From Candidatus Hadarchaeales archaeon (lineage in GTDB: Archaea; Hadarchaeota; Hadarchaeia; Hadarchaeales; Hadarchaeaceae), in the NCBI GenBank assembly GCA_038872135.1, contig JAVZGN010000007.1, forward strand, positions 1 through 40,294: a stretch of 40,294 nucleotides of DNA, in the 5' to 3' direction. Shown here piece by piece: positions 20,360 through 29,982 of the stretch. How positions within the stretch are numbered: position 1 is the stretch's first letter; the number at the start of each line of letters is the position of its first letter. Made by a program: the position numbers and the translations under genes. A model generated the notes under the pieces. It had not been told where the DNA came from and searched no databases. It saw only the letters and a program-made list of their open reading frames with translations.

Positions 20360-20758
20360 TTAGGATGCCTTCTTTTCTTCCTTTGGTGGGAAGATTTGAT
20401 CCAGAGGCTTTTCTCCTTTTTTCACAACCTTTGTGTTTATCTGAACTATCGCATCAGAAATCTGAGCTCCACGAACCCTCTTCCTTCTCCTCTCTCCCTT
20501 CCTTCTTGGCCTGAACCCCGGGCCGGATGCAAGGACTATGCTCGTCCTTCCTGTTCCAGAGATGTCTTTTCTCATCGGGAAGCCGTCCTTATCGCTGCCC
20601 CCAGTTATCTGGAGTTCATAACCACTCAGGCCGAGAATCACCCCATCGAACTTATCGCCAATCTTCAGCCCGATGAGCCTTCTCGCCTCTGGGTCTTTTA
20701 CCTCCGTTTGATAGCTCCTCCCCGTTTCCGGGTCTGAGATGACGATCTTAAACGGCAT
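20360..20758 (-). CDS. rps6e: 30S ribosomal protein S6e
   Basis: [20 protein letters not shown] and [10 protein letters not shown]. Confidence 0.97.
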   Translation of the reverse strand: MPFKIVISDPETGRSYQTEVKDPEARRLIGLKIGDKFDGVILGLSGYELQITGGSDKDGFPMRKDISGTGRTSIVLASGPGFRPRRKGERRRKRVRGAQISDAIVQINTKVVKKGEKPLDQIFPPKEEKKAS

Positions 20759-20980
20759 GGTTTCCCAGCCATTTATTTTCCCTTGGGGATAAAAAACCGG
20801 TGCTTGCTGGAGCTACTGAAAACTTCAAGGGTACGGCGCATGCAGGACAGCAGAAAATAGCTGGTGAATGAAAGCGAAATACATTCACCCGGAATTTCAT
20901 CTCAGTTTTAGAAAAAGTATAACTAGGGCTAGTTTTCACATATTTTATGAAAAGTCGTCTATGGAGAATTCTTAACATAT

Positions 20981-21039
20981 AGTTTAATTTTAGTAAGGAA
21001 AAAATTAAACTCGAGTTTAATTTTAGTAAGGTTTAAAAG
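20981..21039 (+). promoter_or_regulatory. Operator/promoter of the DUF4143 ATPase gene
   Basis: 18-bp direct repeat AGTTTAATTTTAGTAAGG at 20981-20998 and 21014-21031. Perfect 24-bp palindrome AAAATTAAACTCGAGTTTAATTTT at 21001-21024. TATA-like TTTAAAAG at 21032-21039, ~25 bp before GTG 21061. Confidence 0.7.
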
Positions 21040-21060
21040 ATCCGCCACCTAGAATTAACC

Positions 21061-22242
21061 GTGTACATAGTAAGGGAAATCACCGAAAAATTCAGAGCGG
21101 TTGAGAAGGTTTACAACCTTATTGCTGTTGTTGGCGCTAGGCAGTCCGGCAAAACAACATTTCTGAAGGAGCAGATGAAAAATGTGCGCTCGTCCTACGT
21201 GCTGTTTGACGATCCCGACGCCAGAAGCCTTTTTGAAGAAGATGTGAAGAAGTTCGAAAAGCAGTATGTGGAGGGATACGATGTAACAGTGCTTGACGAG
21301 GTGCAGCAGTGCAAGGACGCGGGAAGGAAGCTCAAGTACCTCGCAGACACCGGCAGAAGGGTGTGGATGACCTCCTCCTCGGAAATCATACTGGGGAAAG
21401 AGATACTCTCGCACCTCGTTGGCAGAGTTTCCATCATCCGACTCTATCCCTTCTCCCTCCCGGAGTTCTTGATCGCCAAGGGACAAAAAGAGATCACGCA
21501 ACCGATCTTGGAGCGAAGTATTTGGGAACACATAACCTATGGTGGATACCCAAAGGTTGTGCTCACGGACGATGTGGAGATGAAGAAAACCATCTTGAAA
21601 GACCTCTACGAGACCATGATCTTGAAAGACGTGGCCCAGACCTTCTCGATAGAAGACATCCGCAACCTGGAAGAATTCGTCAAATATCTCTCTGCTGGCG
21701 TTGGGGGGGCCCTATCTTACGAGAGGATTTCAGGGGCATTGAAAATTGCCTTCCAAACCGTTAAGAAGTATCTCAATGCGATGGAAAAGAGCTATCTAAT
21801 AGCGCTTGTGCCACCCTTCTTCAGAAACAAACATAAAGAGATTACAAAACAGCCAAAGGTTTACTTTATCGACACTGGGCTGAAAAACGCGGTAGCCAAC
21901 AGCTTCGGGGAGCCAGACGGACGCACTTTCGAGAACTATGTCTTTACGGAGCTCTTGAAGCTCGGGTTTATGCCGAAATACTGGAGAACGAAGGCAAAGG
22001 CAGAGGTCGACTTCATAATCGAAAAAGATGGCTGGATAATACCTGTGGAAGCGAAGCTGACGGCCGGGCCTGGCAAGATAGAAAAAAGCCTGCGCTCTTT
22101 CATAGAGTCCTACAAACCGAAAATAGCACTTGTCGTTACATACAAGGGGGAAAAGGGCGAGATGGACATCGGCGGGTGCAAAGTGCTCTTTACAGATGTG
22201 CTGGAGATGAGAAAATATCTGGTAGGCGGACAGAATCGATGA
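21061..22242 (+). CDS. AAA+ ATPase (AAA_14) with DUF4143 / PD-(D/E)xK-like C-terminal domain
   Basis: GARQSGKTT, VLDEVQ, YGGYP, KVYFIDTG, FENYV and EVDF...PVEAK. Confidence 0.92.
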   Translation: MYIVREITEKFRAVEKVYNLIAVVGARQSGKTTFLKEQMKNVRSSYVLFDDPDARSLFEEDVKKFEKQYVEGYDVTVLDEVQQCKDAGRKLKYLADTGRRVWMTSSSEIILGKEILSHLVGRVSIIRLYPFSLPEFLIAKGQKEITQPILERSIWEHITYGGYPKVVLTDDVEMKKTILKDLYETMILKDVAQTFSIEDIRNLEEFVKYLSAGVGGALSYERISGALKIAFQTVKKYLNAMEKSYLIALVPPFFRNKHKEITKQPKVYFIDTGLKNAVANSFGEPDGRTFENYVFTELLKLGFMPKYWRTKAKAEVDFIIEKDGWIIPVEAKLTAGPGKIEKSLRSFIESYKPKIALVVTYKGEKGEMDIGGCKVLFTDVLEMRKYLVGGQNR

Positions 22243-22293
22243 ACTAATCAGCAATTCATCCAGATTTGACTAAAACCCCATCTCCACCCAATT

Positions 22294-22620
22294 TTAGTCA
22301 TTAGGTCCTCCAGCTCCAAAGCTTTCAATAGCCTCGAACACGCCGTGTTTGCTCAGAAATGAACTCCTTAGTGGAGTTCGCTCGCGTAGACTTGAGAGTT
22401 CAAGCATAAGATCCGCCACGCCCACCTTGCTGTTGATCTCAGCTTTCTTCAGGGCTCTGAGGACGAGGTAGTACCCAGGAAGGCCCAGGAATGAGGCAAA
22501 GACGTAACCTCTAAAACCTCCTCCCTCACGTGGGGAGGTGTCGATGTCAATAAAGTTCTGAAAAACATGGCACACCTTTTCAATTTCCTCTCTTCCCTTT
22601 CCGGAGTTCGTAGACCTACT
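22294..22620 (-). mobile_element. Degenerate DDE transposase C-terminal fragment (IS1634/IS4-like)
   Basis: Across frameshifts it reads VYELRKG/REEIEKVCHVFQNFIDIDT...RGYVFASFLGL..YYLVLRALKKAEINSKVGVADLMLELS, resembling archaeal IS1634-type transposase C-termini. No N-terminal part. Confidence 0.6.
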
Positions 22621-22793
22621 ATCAACAGATCGACCAACAGTCAGTCAAAATCCGGGGTATGGGCTTCCTTGGATTTTGACCAGCAAGTTGCTATCCTTTG
22701 CTGACTGCTTCATTCACCGTTTCGCTTTCTACTGGTCAGAAGCTCTAAGAAGACTGTTTCAAAAAGTGTTCATCACCCACAGTTCTGGATATC

Positions 22794-25634
22794 TCACTTC
22801 TCCCAGAATCTCCTTGTTCTTGCATAGAGAAGTTCCGCCTTCAAAATCTCCCGCAGAAGCTCCTCCTCGCTCCCGTAGCTCCTTCTCAGAATTCTGGCGG
22901 CAGTTCTCGGCCCAACCCCGCGGCCCGCCAAAACCATCAGCGCTTTCCTGCCAAATCCCTGAACGAGAGATGCCCCGAGAGAATATCTTTCGACCTCCTT
23001 TTTCTCATCCCTCGAAAGCTTTTCCCCCCGCGCATATTTTTTCAAGAGAGCTTCCGCCCTCCTCACATCCCCAAAGATTCCGGTCATCAGCGTTGCCCCG
23101 CAGTTTTTGCAAACAGGCTTCTCTGGAAGGCGGCCCACCCTGGTCGCCGGGGCACTCCTGCTGCAGTTCATGCAGAAGAGAGTCACCCCAGTCCTCTCCA
23201 GCCTCGCCTTCACCGCCTTGAGAATTTCCCTCTCGGCTCTCTTGGGGAGAATCACCTCGCCGCCGAGAAATTCGTTGAGGATTGGAATTGCGAGAACAGA
23301 CGGCTCCTCGCGGGTTACCTCCTCCACAGCAATCCTCCCCTCCCTCATCCCAGAAGCAACCTCCTCGGCTCTCTTCACATCCAGCTTCTCAACCGCCGTC
23401 TCCTTTAGGGCCTCTTCAAACACCGGGGTTTCAGAGAAAGATTCCACAAGCCATTTCACCCTCATCTTCCCAAGCTTTGCATCTCTCTTTATCGCCCCAA
23501 ACCTCTTCCCTACATTTATAAGCCGCCAGTGAAACATGGGCGCACCTCTCAAAACTCTCTCAACGATGGGGCGGATGTGCTCGGGGCGAAGGGATTTCAT
23601 TATCTCAACAGTGATTTCGCCAAGCCGCTCATCGGGATGAATAAACGCAATCCTGTACGGATCCACCTTTATCCTCACCCCCTCCCCCAGGCGGGCTGTG
23701 ATCAGCCCTCCAATCGCCAGACCGAGTGTTTGATTAACGAGGCTGCCGAAGGAAGCGTGAACAACAACAGAGCCCTCAATTACTTCCACAACAACCCTCC
23801 TCGCTGTGGGAACCGGAAATTCCTCTTCCACCAGCGCGGAGACCTGATCTAAAATCCACTCGCCGGCGGCCTCTGAAACAGGGTATCTCTCCATCAACCG
23901 CGCCACCATTTCTTTCCTTTCTCTTCCACTTTTCAGCAACCCCCAGACCATCTCCCTCACCTCCCCAACCTCCTGAGCGACCTCAAAGGGAACTGGGATG
24001 AGCTCTCCCTCCCAGACAGGAATGGCACCCAAAGGATCACCGTGAGGCTCGACTGAAACCACGAGCCTCTCATGGTCTACTTCCACAACCCTCCAGGTCT
24101 CCCCCCTGCAGATGAAAGTCGCCCCCTCCCAAACAAACTCCGCCACAAACTCCTCATCAAGCTTGGCTATTTTCTTTCCAGAGGCGACATCTCTTACATC
24201 GTACCGCCTAACATCAGGGATTACCGAGAGGTTTGAGAAATAATACGCATAGCTCTTTTTTCTCGCCTTGAATTTTCCGCCGTCAAAAGACACGAGACCG
24301 AGGCCCGCCAGATAGCGGAGGACTCTCTCCAGCTGCTCCTTCTCCATGTTCCTGTATGGGTAGGCCCTCCTGATGATTGAAAGGGCATCACCCACCTCCA
24401 CTGTCCCCAAATCAAGCGAGAACCCAACGAGCTGATGAGCGAGAACATCCAGCGAAAGTTCATAGGGGGTAGGGCGCTCCAGCTCCCCGGCCATTGCCCG
24501 CCTCGAAATCACGGCTGCCTCACAGGCATCGTCCGGCGATATCGCCAGAATGGTTCCTCGAGAAGGAACCCCGAGCCTGTGACCTGAGCGACCGACCCTT
24601 TGAACGAGCCTGATGGCCTGCCTTGGAGAGGAGTACTGGATGACCGAGGAAATGAAGCCAATGTCAATCCCGAGCTCCATAGAAGATGTACAGATGAGAG
24701 ATTTGAGCTCCCCCTTCCTGAATTTTCTCTCGGCCTCCATCCTAGTCTCGGCGGCCAGCGAGCCGTGATGGACAGCAACCTTCCCTGAAAGCCCAAGCTG
24801 CATGAGCTTTGACCCAATGAATTCTGCGCTTTCCCTTGTGTTTGTGAAAAGAAGGGCGGAGCCACCCACGAGCATCTCTTGGAGCATCCTGAGCCTCGCA
24901 GCAACCATTGGATCAATCATCAACTCCTCTGCAACCTCTGCGTCGGCGGCCACCGGCACCGGGACCTCTACCCTCACCCTGAGCTCCTTCTCCGCCTTAA
25001 CTTCAAGAACCTCCACCTCCTCTCCCCCGCCTATGAATTTCCCAGCCTCATCCGGTGAGCCGACCGTCGCCGAAAGCCCTATCCTCTGGAAGTTGCCGGC
25101 AAGAGTCCGCAGCCTCTCCAGAGCCACTGCCAGCTGGACCCCCCTCTTGTCATCCATCAGCTCGTGGACCTCATCGACTATCACCCATCTGACCCCTTGA
25201 AGATGCCTCCTCATGAGCTTCCCAGGAAGGATAGCCTGAAGAGTCTCAGGGGTTGTGATCAGCATGTGGGGGGATTCTTTTGCCTGCTTCTGCCGCTCGG
25301 GTGAGGGAGTGTCCCCGTGCCTCACGGTTATTCTCATCCCGAGCTTCTGGCCCCAGCTTTCAAGCCTCGCTAGGAGATCCCTGTTGAGAGCCCTGAGGGG
25401 GGCGATGTAGAGAATTTTTATCCCCTCCGGCTGCTGAAGGCTCAAGAAGGATGTGAAGAGGGGCAGAAGGGCTGCCTCCGTCTTCCCGGAGCCTGTGGGC
25501 GCGATGAGAAGGATGTTTTTCCCTGAAAGGATTTTTGGGATGGCGATTTCTTGAGGGGGGGTTGGTGTGGTTATTCCAATTTCCCTTGCCACTTCCCTCA
25601 CCTCTGGAGCCAGGAGGTCAAAGACAGAACTCAC
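22794..25634 (-). CDS. lhr: Lhr-family SF2 helicase with C-terminal Cys-rich domain (aLhr1-type)
   Basis: APTGSGKT, PLRALNRD, DEVHE, SAT, HHGSL, ELGIDIG and QRVGRSGH. C-terminal CMNC...CKNC and RGVGPRTA. Confidence 0.92.
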   Translation of the reverse strand: MSSVFDLLAPEVREVAREIGITTPTPPQEIAIPKILSGKNILLIAPTGSGKTEAALLPLFTSFLSLQQPEGIKILYIAPLRALNRDLLARLESWGQKLGMRITVRHGDTPSPERQKQAKESPHMLITTPETLQAILPGKLMRRHLQGVRWVIVDEVHELMDDKRGVQLAVALERLRTLAGNFQRIGLSATVGSPDEAGKFIGGGEEVEVLEVKAEKELRVRVEVPVPVAADAEVAEELMIDPMVAARLRMLQEMLVGGSALLFTNTRESAEFIGSKLMQLGLSGKVAVHHGSLAAETRMEAERKFRKGELKSLICTSSMELGIDIGFISSVIQYSSPRQAIRLVQRVGRSGHRLGVPSRGTILAISPDDACEAAVISRRAMAGELERPTPYELSLDVLAHQLVGFSLDLGTVEVGDALSIIRRAYPYRNMEKEQLERVLRYLAGLGLVSFDGGKFKARKKSYAYYFSNLSVIPDVRRYDVRDVASGKKIAKLDEEFVAEFVWEGATFICRGETWRVVEVDHERLVVSVEPHGDPLGAIPVWEGELIPVPFEVAQEVGEVREMVWGLLKSGRERKEMVARLMERYPVSEAAGEWILDQVSALVEEEFPVPTARRVVVEVIEGSVVVHASFGSLVNQTLGLAIGGLITARLGEGVRIKVDPYRIAFIHPDERLGEITVEIMKSLRPEHIRPIVERVLRGAPMFHWRLINVGKRFGAIKRDAKLGKMRVKWLVESFSETPVFEEALKETAVEKLDVKRAEEVASGMREGRIAVEEVTREEPSVLAIPILNEFLGGEVILPKRAEREILKAVKARLERTGVTLFCMNCSRSAPATRVGRLPEKPVCKNCGATLMTGIFGDVRRAEALLKKYARGEKLSRDEKKEVERYSLGASLVQGFGRKALMVLAGRGVGPRTAARILRRSYGSEEELLREILKAELLYARTRRFWEK

Positions 25635-25853
25635 GCATCTCCTTTGAAGCGCTGGGGTAAATGGTTTTTGAACCCTTTTCGTGGCAGGCGCTTTCAGAAA
25701 ACCGCTGCCGAGACCCTAAGCTCTTGGAAATGCCTGCGCTACAAAAACAGAAATGCCCCGGGTGCCCCCCAACCAAATATTATCGCGGCCCCTAGTTTCC
25801 CCTTTCCTGGTGATTCTCAAAAATAACATTACTCATTGCGGCAAAAGTCCGAG

Positions 25854-25890
25854 TCAAAAAGATTAAATATCTTTTGATATATATTATAAT
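25854..25890 (+). promoter_or_regulatory. Putative AbiE promoter/operator
   Basis: Inverted repeat AAAAGAT-TAAAT-ATCTTTT at 25857-25875, followed by AT-rich TATATTATAAT ~30 bp upstream of ATG 25919. Confidence 0.4.
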
Positions 25891-25918
25891 GTCACGAATT
25901 TGGGAGGTTCTGATATAA

Positions 25919-26551
25919 ATGAAAAGGAGCATCCTTTTGCGCAAACTGCACATGGAAGGAGTGGAGTTTGCAACATCGGAGGAAATAAAAAAGCACTGCC
26001 AAATCCTTGGTCTCAACTACGACACGATAATAAGGTCTCTCCTCTCCCGAGGTCACCTCCTGAGGGTGTTTAGGGGCGTGTTTTATGTCAAGTCCTCAGA
26101 AGAGATCGAGTTAGCAACAGTAAAGCACTCACCTTTAGAACTCGTCGCAAGGGGGCTCGAACTTAAAGGAGTCAGGAACTGGTACTTTGGCCTCCACACA
26201 GCCCTGAAGCTCAACAATCTCACCCACGAGCACTTCGCTGTCGATGAAGTAATCAACGATAAAATATTTCGAGCTAGGCCGATAACCATAGCAGGGCACG
26301 AATTCAGGTTTATCAAAGTAAAACCATCCCTACTATCATTTGGGATAGTTAAGGAGAAGCTAAGGTATTCTGACCCCGAGAAGACTATCCTTGATTTTAT
26401 CTATCTCTGGCGCTACAACGGCGTGCCAGATGAGAAGATAATCATGGACATCTCGGAGTGGGCGAGGGGACTCTCTAATAGTAAGATGAGAAGTTACCTC
26501 AAGTGGTATCCAACAACCGTGAAGAGGATAGCTGAGAAGGTGATGAGGTGA
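25919..26551 (+). CDS. Type IV toxin-antitoxin AbiEi-family antitoxin
   Basis: N-terminal wHTH-like segment (LLRVFRGVFYV), YFGLHTAL and SDPEKTILD. Overlaps the downstream toxin by GTGA. Confidence 0.8.
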   Translation: MKRSILLRKLHMEGVEFATSEEIKKHCQILGLNYDTIIRSLLSRGHLLRVFRGVFYVKSSEEIELATVKHSPLELVARGLELKGVRNWYFGLHTALKLNNLTHEHFAVDEVINDKIFRARPITIAGHEFRFIKVKPSLLSFGIVKEKLRYSDPEKTILDFIYLWRYNGVPDEKIIMDISEWARGLSNSKMRSYLKWYPTTVKRIAEKVMR

Positions 26552-27516
26552 GGGGAAGATTTGCAGCCGGGTTGGGTAGGGCTCTGAACATCAGCAGAGT
26601 TGATCTCGTTGAAAAGGATATCATCCTACACCAGATACTGCTCGATCTCTCCAGGAATGAATTCTTCAAGAGAAATTTTCTTCTTAAAGGAGGATCCTGC
26701 CTGATTAAGCATTACCTGGGCTATTACCGGTTTTCGGAGGATGTAGATTTCACCTGGGCGGATCAAAGAGTATTCCAGGGAAAGTCGGGTAAGAAAATCA
26801 GAAAACTTCTTTCCGAGTTAATCAGCGAAATCGGCAAAATCTTCGAGGGGATCGCAAAATCAAGGGGGCTGGACTTCAGATGTGCAAAGAACAACAGAAA
26901 GTACGTGGAGCTTGTTGGGAGTGGCCGAATCCTCACATTCAAGATATGGTATAATTCAGACATCCTCGGGAGAAAATCATTCATCAAGGTGCAGGTGAAC
27001 TTCGTGGATAACCTATACTTCAATCCAGTAGAGGGCGAACTTCACAACCTGCTGTTATTGAAAACAATTGATGAAAAAGAGATGAAATTTCTTTACCCGG
27101 ATTTTTACGAGGAATACTCCATCCCAGTCACCCTCCGCATGTATGACATCAGAGAAATCATATGTGAGAAAATAAGGTCGATCCTCACGAGGCGAGGCGT
27201 GAAAGCAAGGGATTTCGTGGACGTTTACATGATTTTCAAGAAAAAAAGGATCGACCCTCGCGAACTAGACGAGGAGATTGTTGGGAAGATACGGTTGATG
27301 CTGGGCCTGTACAAGAGGTTCAGAGAGAATTTGCTTGCAACAAGAAGGTTACTTGCATCTCACAAGTTGTTCAGTTGGGGGAGTGAGAGAGAGCTGTTGC
27401 TGACCGAGATAGATGAAAAAGATTTTTACACATTTGTTTCCACGCTTAGCAAGTTTCTTGGGGAGATAATCAATAAAATAGAAACTGGTGAGGAGCAAGG
27501 CGATTCTTCCCGCTAA
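26548..27516 (+). CDS. AbiEii/AbiGii nucleotidyltransferase toxin (DUF1814)
   Basis: VEKD, LKGGSCLIKHYLGYYRFSEDVDF, EKIRS and ARDFVD. Confidence 0.9.
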   Translation: MRGRFAAGLGRALNISRVDLVEKDIILHQILLDLSRNEFFKRNFLLKGGSCLIKHYLGYYRFSEDVDFTWADQRVFQGKSGKKIRKLLSELISEIGKIFEGIAKSRGLDFRCAKNNRKYVELVGSGRILTFKIWYNSDILGRKSFIKVQVNFVDNLYFNPVEGELHNLLLLKTIDEKEMKFLYPDFYEEYSIPVTLRMYDIREIICEKIRSILTRRGVKARDFVDVYMIFKKKRIDPRELDEEIVGKIRLMLGLYKRFRENLLATRRLLASHKLFSWGSERELLLTEIDEKDFYTFVSTLSKFLGEIINKIETGEEQGDSSR

Positions 27517-27635
27517 CGATTCTTTAGCCGCTCAACCCACCTCATCTCATTTCACCCAAAGGAGACATTTCTGGAAGTTTTTATGAAGCTGAAAACCTTT
27601 CAAAAGGCATTTTACACCGCCGCGGGAAAATCTTC

Positions 27636-28310
27636 ATGATGAACCTCCTCGCCCTCTGCAGCGGTGGGAAGGACTCCACATATGCTCTCTGGCTGGCGTT
27701 AAAAGCTGGCCACCGAGTGAAAAAAATCATTGCCGTCCTCCCAACCGAAGACTCACTCATGTATCACTATCCCAACGCCCATCTAGCAGAGCTGCTGGAG
27801 AAATGCACCGGGATTCCCGTGATCGCGGTGACGGCAAAAAAAGGGGAAAAGGAGGAGATGGATGTTTTAAAGATGGTCCTGAACCAGCAAGCAACGGAAG
27901 GAATAATCAGCGGTGCGATCGCCTCCAATTACCAGAAGAGGAGGCTGGATGCCATCTGCAGAGAGCTGGGGCTCGAGCATTTTGCACCCCTTTGGGGAAG
28001 AGACCCGGCGGAATTGCTAACGGAAGTTCTTGCAGCAGGGTTTGAAATAATGGTTGTAGGGGTTGCGGCGGAGGGTCTGGGAGAGGAGTGGCTGGGGAGG
28101 AGGCTGGATAAAGAAGCAGCGGAAGAGATGCTGAAGCTGAGTAAAAAACATGGGATAAATCCCTGCGGGGAGGGGGGAGAGTATGAGACGCTGGTTACCG
28201 ATGCCCCCTTTTTTGTAAGGAGGATAGTTGTTAAAGAGGGCGAGAAGGTGTGGAAGGGAACTCACGGCATCTATCTCATCAAAAGAGTCGAACTGGAGGA
28301 GAAAGGATGA
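27636..28310 (+). CDS. dph6: Diphthine--ammonia ligase
   Basis: SGGKDS, SLMYH, GAIASNYQ, PLWG and GEGGEYET. Confidence 0.92.
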   Translation: MMNLLALCSGGKDSTYALWLALKAGHRVKKIIAVLPTEDSLMYHYPNAHLAELLEKCTGIPVIAVTAKKGEKEEMDVLKMVLNQQATEGIISGAIASNYQKRRLDAICRELGLEHFAPLWGRDPAELLTEVLAAGFEIMVVGVAAEGLGEEWLGRRLDKEAAEEMLKLSKKHGINPCGEGGEYETLVTDAPFFVRRIVVKEGEKVWKGTHGIYLIKRVELEEKG

Positions 28311-29332
28311 CAACTGCCCTGGTCTATTCACCGAAATACTTGGAGCACAGGCCGGGATGGGGGCACCCTGAGCGCCCGGAGAGGCTTGAGAAGGCTGTGG
28401 CAGCTTTGAAAGAGGAAGGGCTGTGGGGGACTGAGGAAAATTTTGTTGTCGAGCCATATCCAGCTAGGATTCAGGACATAGAGCTCGTTCATACAAAAGA
28501 CTACATCTCACTAGTGGAGAAGCTGAGCAGAAGCGAGATGCCCATCGACGGTGACACCCCGACCGCGAAAAACACCTTTGAACTCGCCCTTCTATCGGCT
28601 GGAGGAGCAATCCTGGCGGGAGAGATGGTGATGGAGGAAAAGGTGAGCGGTTCATTCGCCCTCATCAGGCCACCAGGACATCATGCATTTTCAGATCGAG
28701 GGGGAGGTTTCTGCTACTTCAACAACATGGGGGTGATGGTAAGAGCTCTTCAGAGAGATCTTGGAGTGAAGAAGGTTTTTGTCCTGGACATAGATGCTCA
28801 CCACGGGAATGGGACGCAGGATATTTTTTATGAAGATCCAAGCGTCCTCTACATGTCATTCCACCAGCATCCCCACACCTTATACCCCGGGAGCGGGTTC
28901 CCCGAGGAGATTGGAAGTGGAAAGGGGGAGGGATTTACCGTGAATGTCCCGATGGCGCCGGGGAGTGGGGATGGGGAGTATGCGGCGGCGGTAGAGGAAA
29001 TCTTCGTGCCAATCTGCAGGCAGTTCCACCCCGAGATGATTGCTGTTTCGGCGGGTTTTGACGCCCACAGAGATGATCCCCTCACGGGACTTGAACTCTC
29101 GAGCTCCGGTTATGGGTGGATTGCCCAAAGAATCGTGGAGACAGCAAAGGAACTGTGCGGTGGAAGGGCTGTTTTTCTGCTAGAAGGTGGCTACAATCTA
29201 CAGGCTGTGGCTGAGTGTGTTGTGAATGTTGTTAAAGCGCTTAACGGCGGAAGATTTCCACCACCTGAAAAAAAGCGGTTGAAGGTCTTGCAGGACCTGA
29301 GAGAGGCTCTCGGAAAGTGGTGGAAGTTTTAG
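28307..29332 (+). CDS. Histone deacetylase family (Zn-dependent) protein
   Basis: HPERPER, RPPGHH, GFCYFNN, DAHHGNGTQ, SAGFDAH and LEGGY. ATG overlaps the dph6 stop. Confidence 0.93.
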   Translation: MTTALVYSPKYLEHRPGWGHPERPERLEKAVAALKEEGLWGTEENFVVEPYPARIQDIELVHTKDYISLVEKLSRSEMPIDGDTPTAKNTFELALLSAGGAILAGEMVMEEKVSGSFALIRPPGHHAFSDRGGGFCYFNNMGVMVRALQRDLGVKKVFVLDIDAHHGNGTQDIFYEDPSVLYMSFHQHPHTLYPGSGFPEEIGSGKGEGFTVNVPMAPGSGDGEYAAAVEEIFVPICRQFHPEMIAVSAGFDAHRDDPLTGLELSSSGYGWIAQRIVETAKELCGGRAVFLLEGGYNLQAVAECVVNVVKALNGGRFPPPEKKRLKVLQDLREALGKWWKF

Positions 29333-29586
29333 AGGAGGCGGGTCAGGCCCATCACTTCCACGCCGCCCACTCCAGGAATGCTTGCGAGTTCTTTTTCAAT
29401 TGGCTCTGTCCCCCCCGCAGCATCTTCAACAACTGCCAGAACCTTCAGGGCTTCTAGTCCAAATGCTATGGGCTCTCTGACGACTGAATGAATCCCCGGC
29501 TTTTCCCTGATTGCCGCCTCAAGTTTTGAGAGATCTACCTCCACGCTCTCCGGCATCACCCTGAGAATCACAGCAACCTCGGCCAT
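29329..29586 (-). CDS. ef1b: Elongation factor 1-beta
   Basis: RVMPESVEVDL and EPIAFGL.AL. Confidence 0.95.
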   Translation of the reverse strand: MAEVAVILRVMPESVEVDLSKLEAAIREKPGIHSVVREPIAFGLEALKVLAVVEDAAGGTEPIEKELASIPGVGGVEVMGLTRLL

Positions 29587-29595
29587 CCCCCCACC

Positions 29596-29760
29596 TCAAG
29601 GACCGATGAACCCGCACTTTGGACACTGGTAGGTGTTGGCCAGCTTTCTGCAGTGAAAACATCGCCAGATTTCCACCTCTCCGCATGAGGGGCAGGGGAA
29701 TTTCACCGCTATATCTCCCGGCGCGATTTCCCTGTTGCAGGATGTGCAGATTGGCATCAT
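29596..29760 (-). CDS. Small zinc-finger protein (HVO_2753/DUF1610 family), 54 aa
   Basis: Missed by the ORF track. Hand translation MMPICTSCNREIAPGDIAVKFPCPSCGEVEIWRCFHCRKLANTYQCPKCGFIGP has four CxxC pairs. Conserved location upstream of ef1b. Confidence 0.92.
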   Translation of the reverse strand: MMPICTSCNREIAPGDIAVKFPCPSCGEVEIWRCFHCRKLANTYQCPKCGFIGP

Positions 29761-29853
29761 TTCTCCTGATGCCGGGGGAATTTAACCCTATCGTGGGGGC
29801 GGTGGGGGAGGATGAAAGGAGAACTTGCCAAACATGAAGTTTTATTAACAATG

Positions 29854-29941
29854 TATAATTTCTGTCAACCGTCTGAATCAATCAATCGGATTTCGGCAAA
29901 ACTTGCTTCCGCTAGGTTTATAACCCAACAAAAGAAAATCC
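29854..29941. repeat. Copy 1 of an imperfect ~90-bp direct repeat
   Basis: Shares TATAA.TTCTGTCAACCGTCT, TCAATCGGATTTCGGC and TAGG.TTATAACCC with 31218-31314. Confidence 0.85.
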
Positions 29942-29982
29942 TGTGAAAACATGGAATTCAAGATTTTTTGGAGGGTAAAGCG

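Noticed and set aside
20863-20889. Hairpin GGTGAATG/CATTCACC
   Set aside because: A single 8-bp stem with no other support; could be chance.
20981-21031. CRISPR-like repeat
   Set aside because: Only two 18-bp copies with a 15-bp spacer and no cas genes; better explained as an operator.
29519-29881. Track ORFs 29519-29881 (-) and 29619-29837 (+)
   Set aside because: Wrong frames over the real 54-aa zinc-finger gene at 29596-29760.
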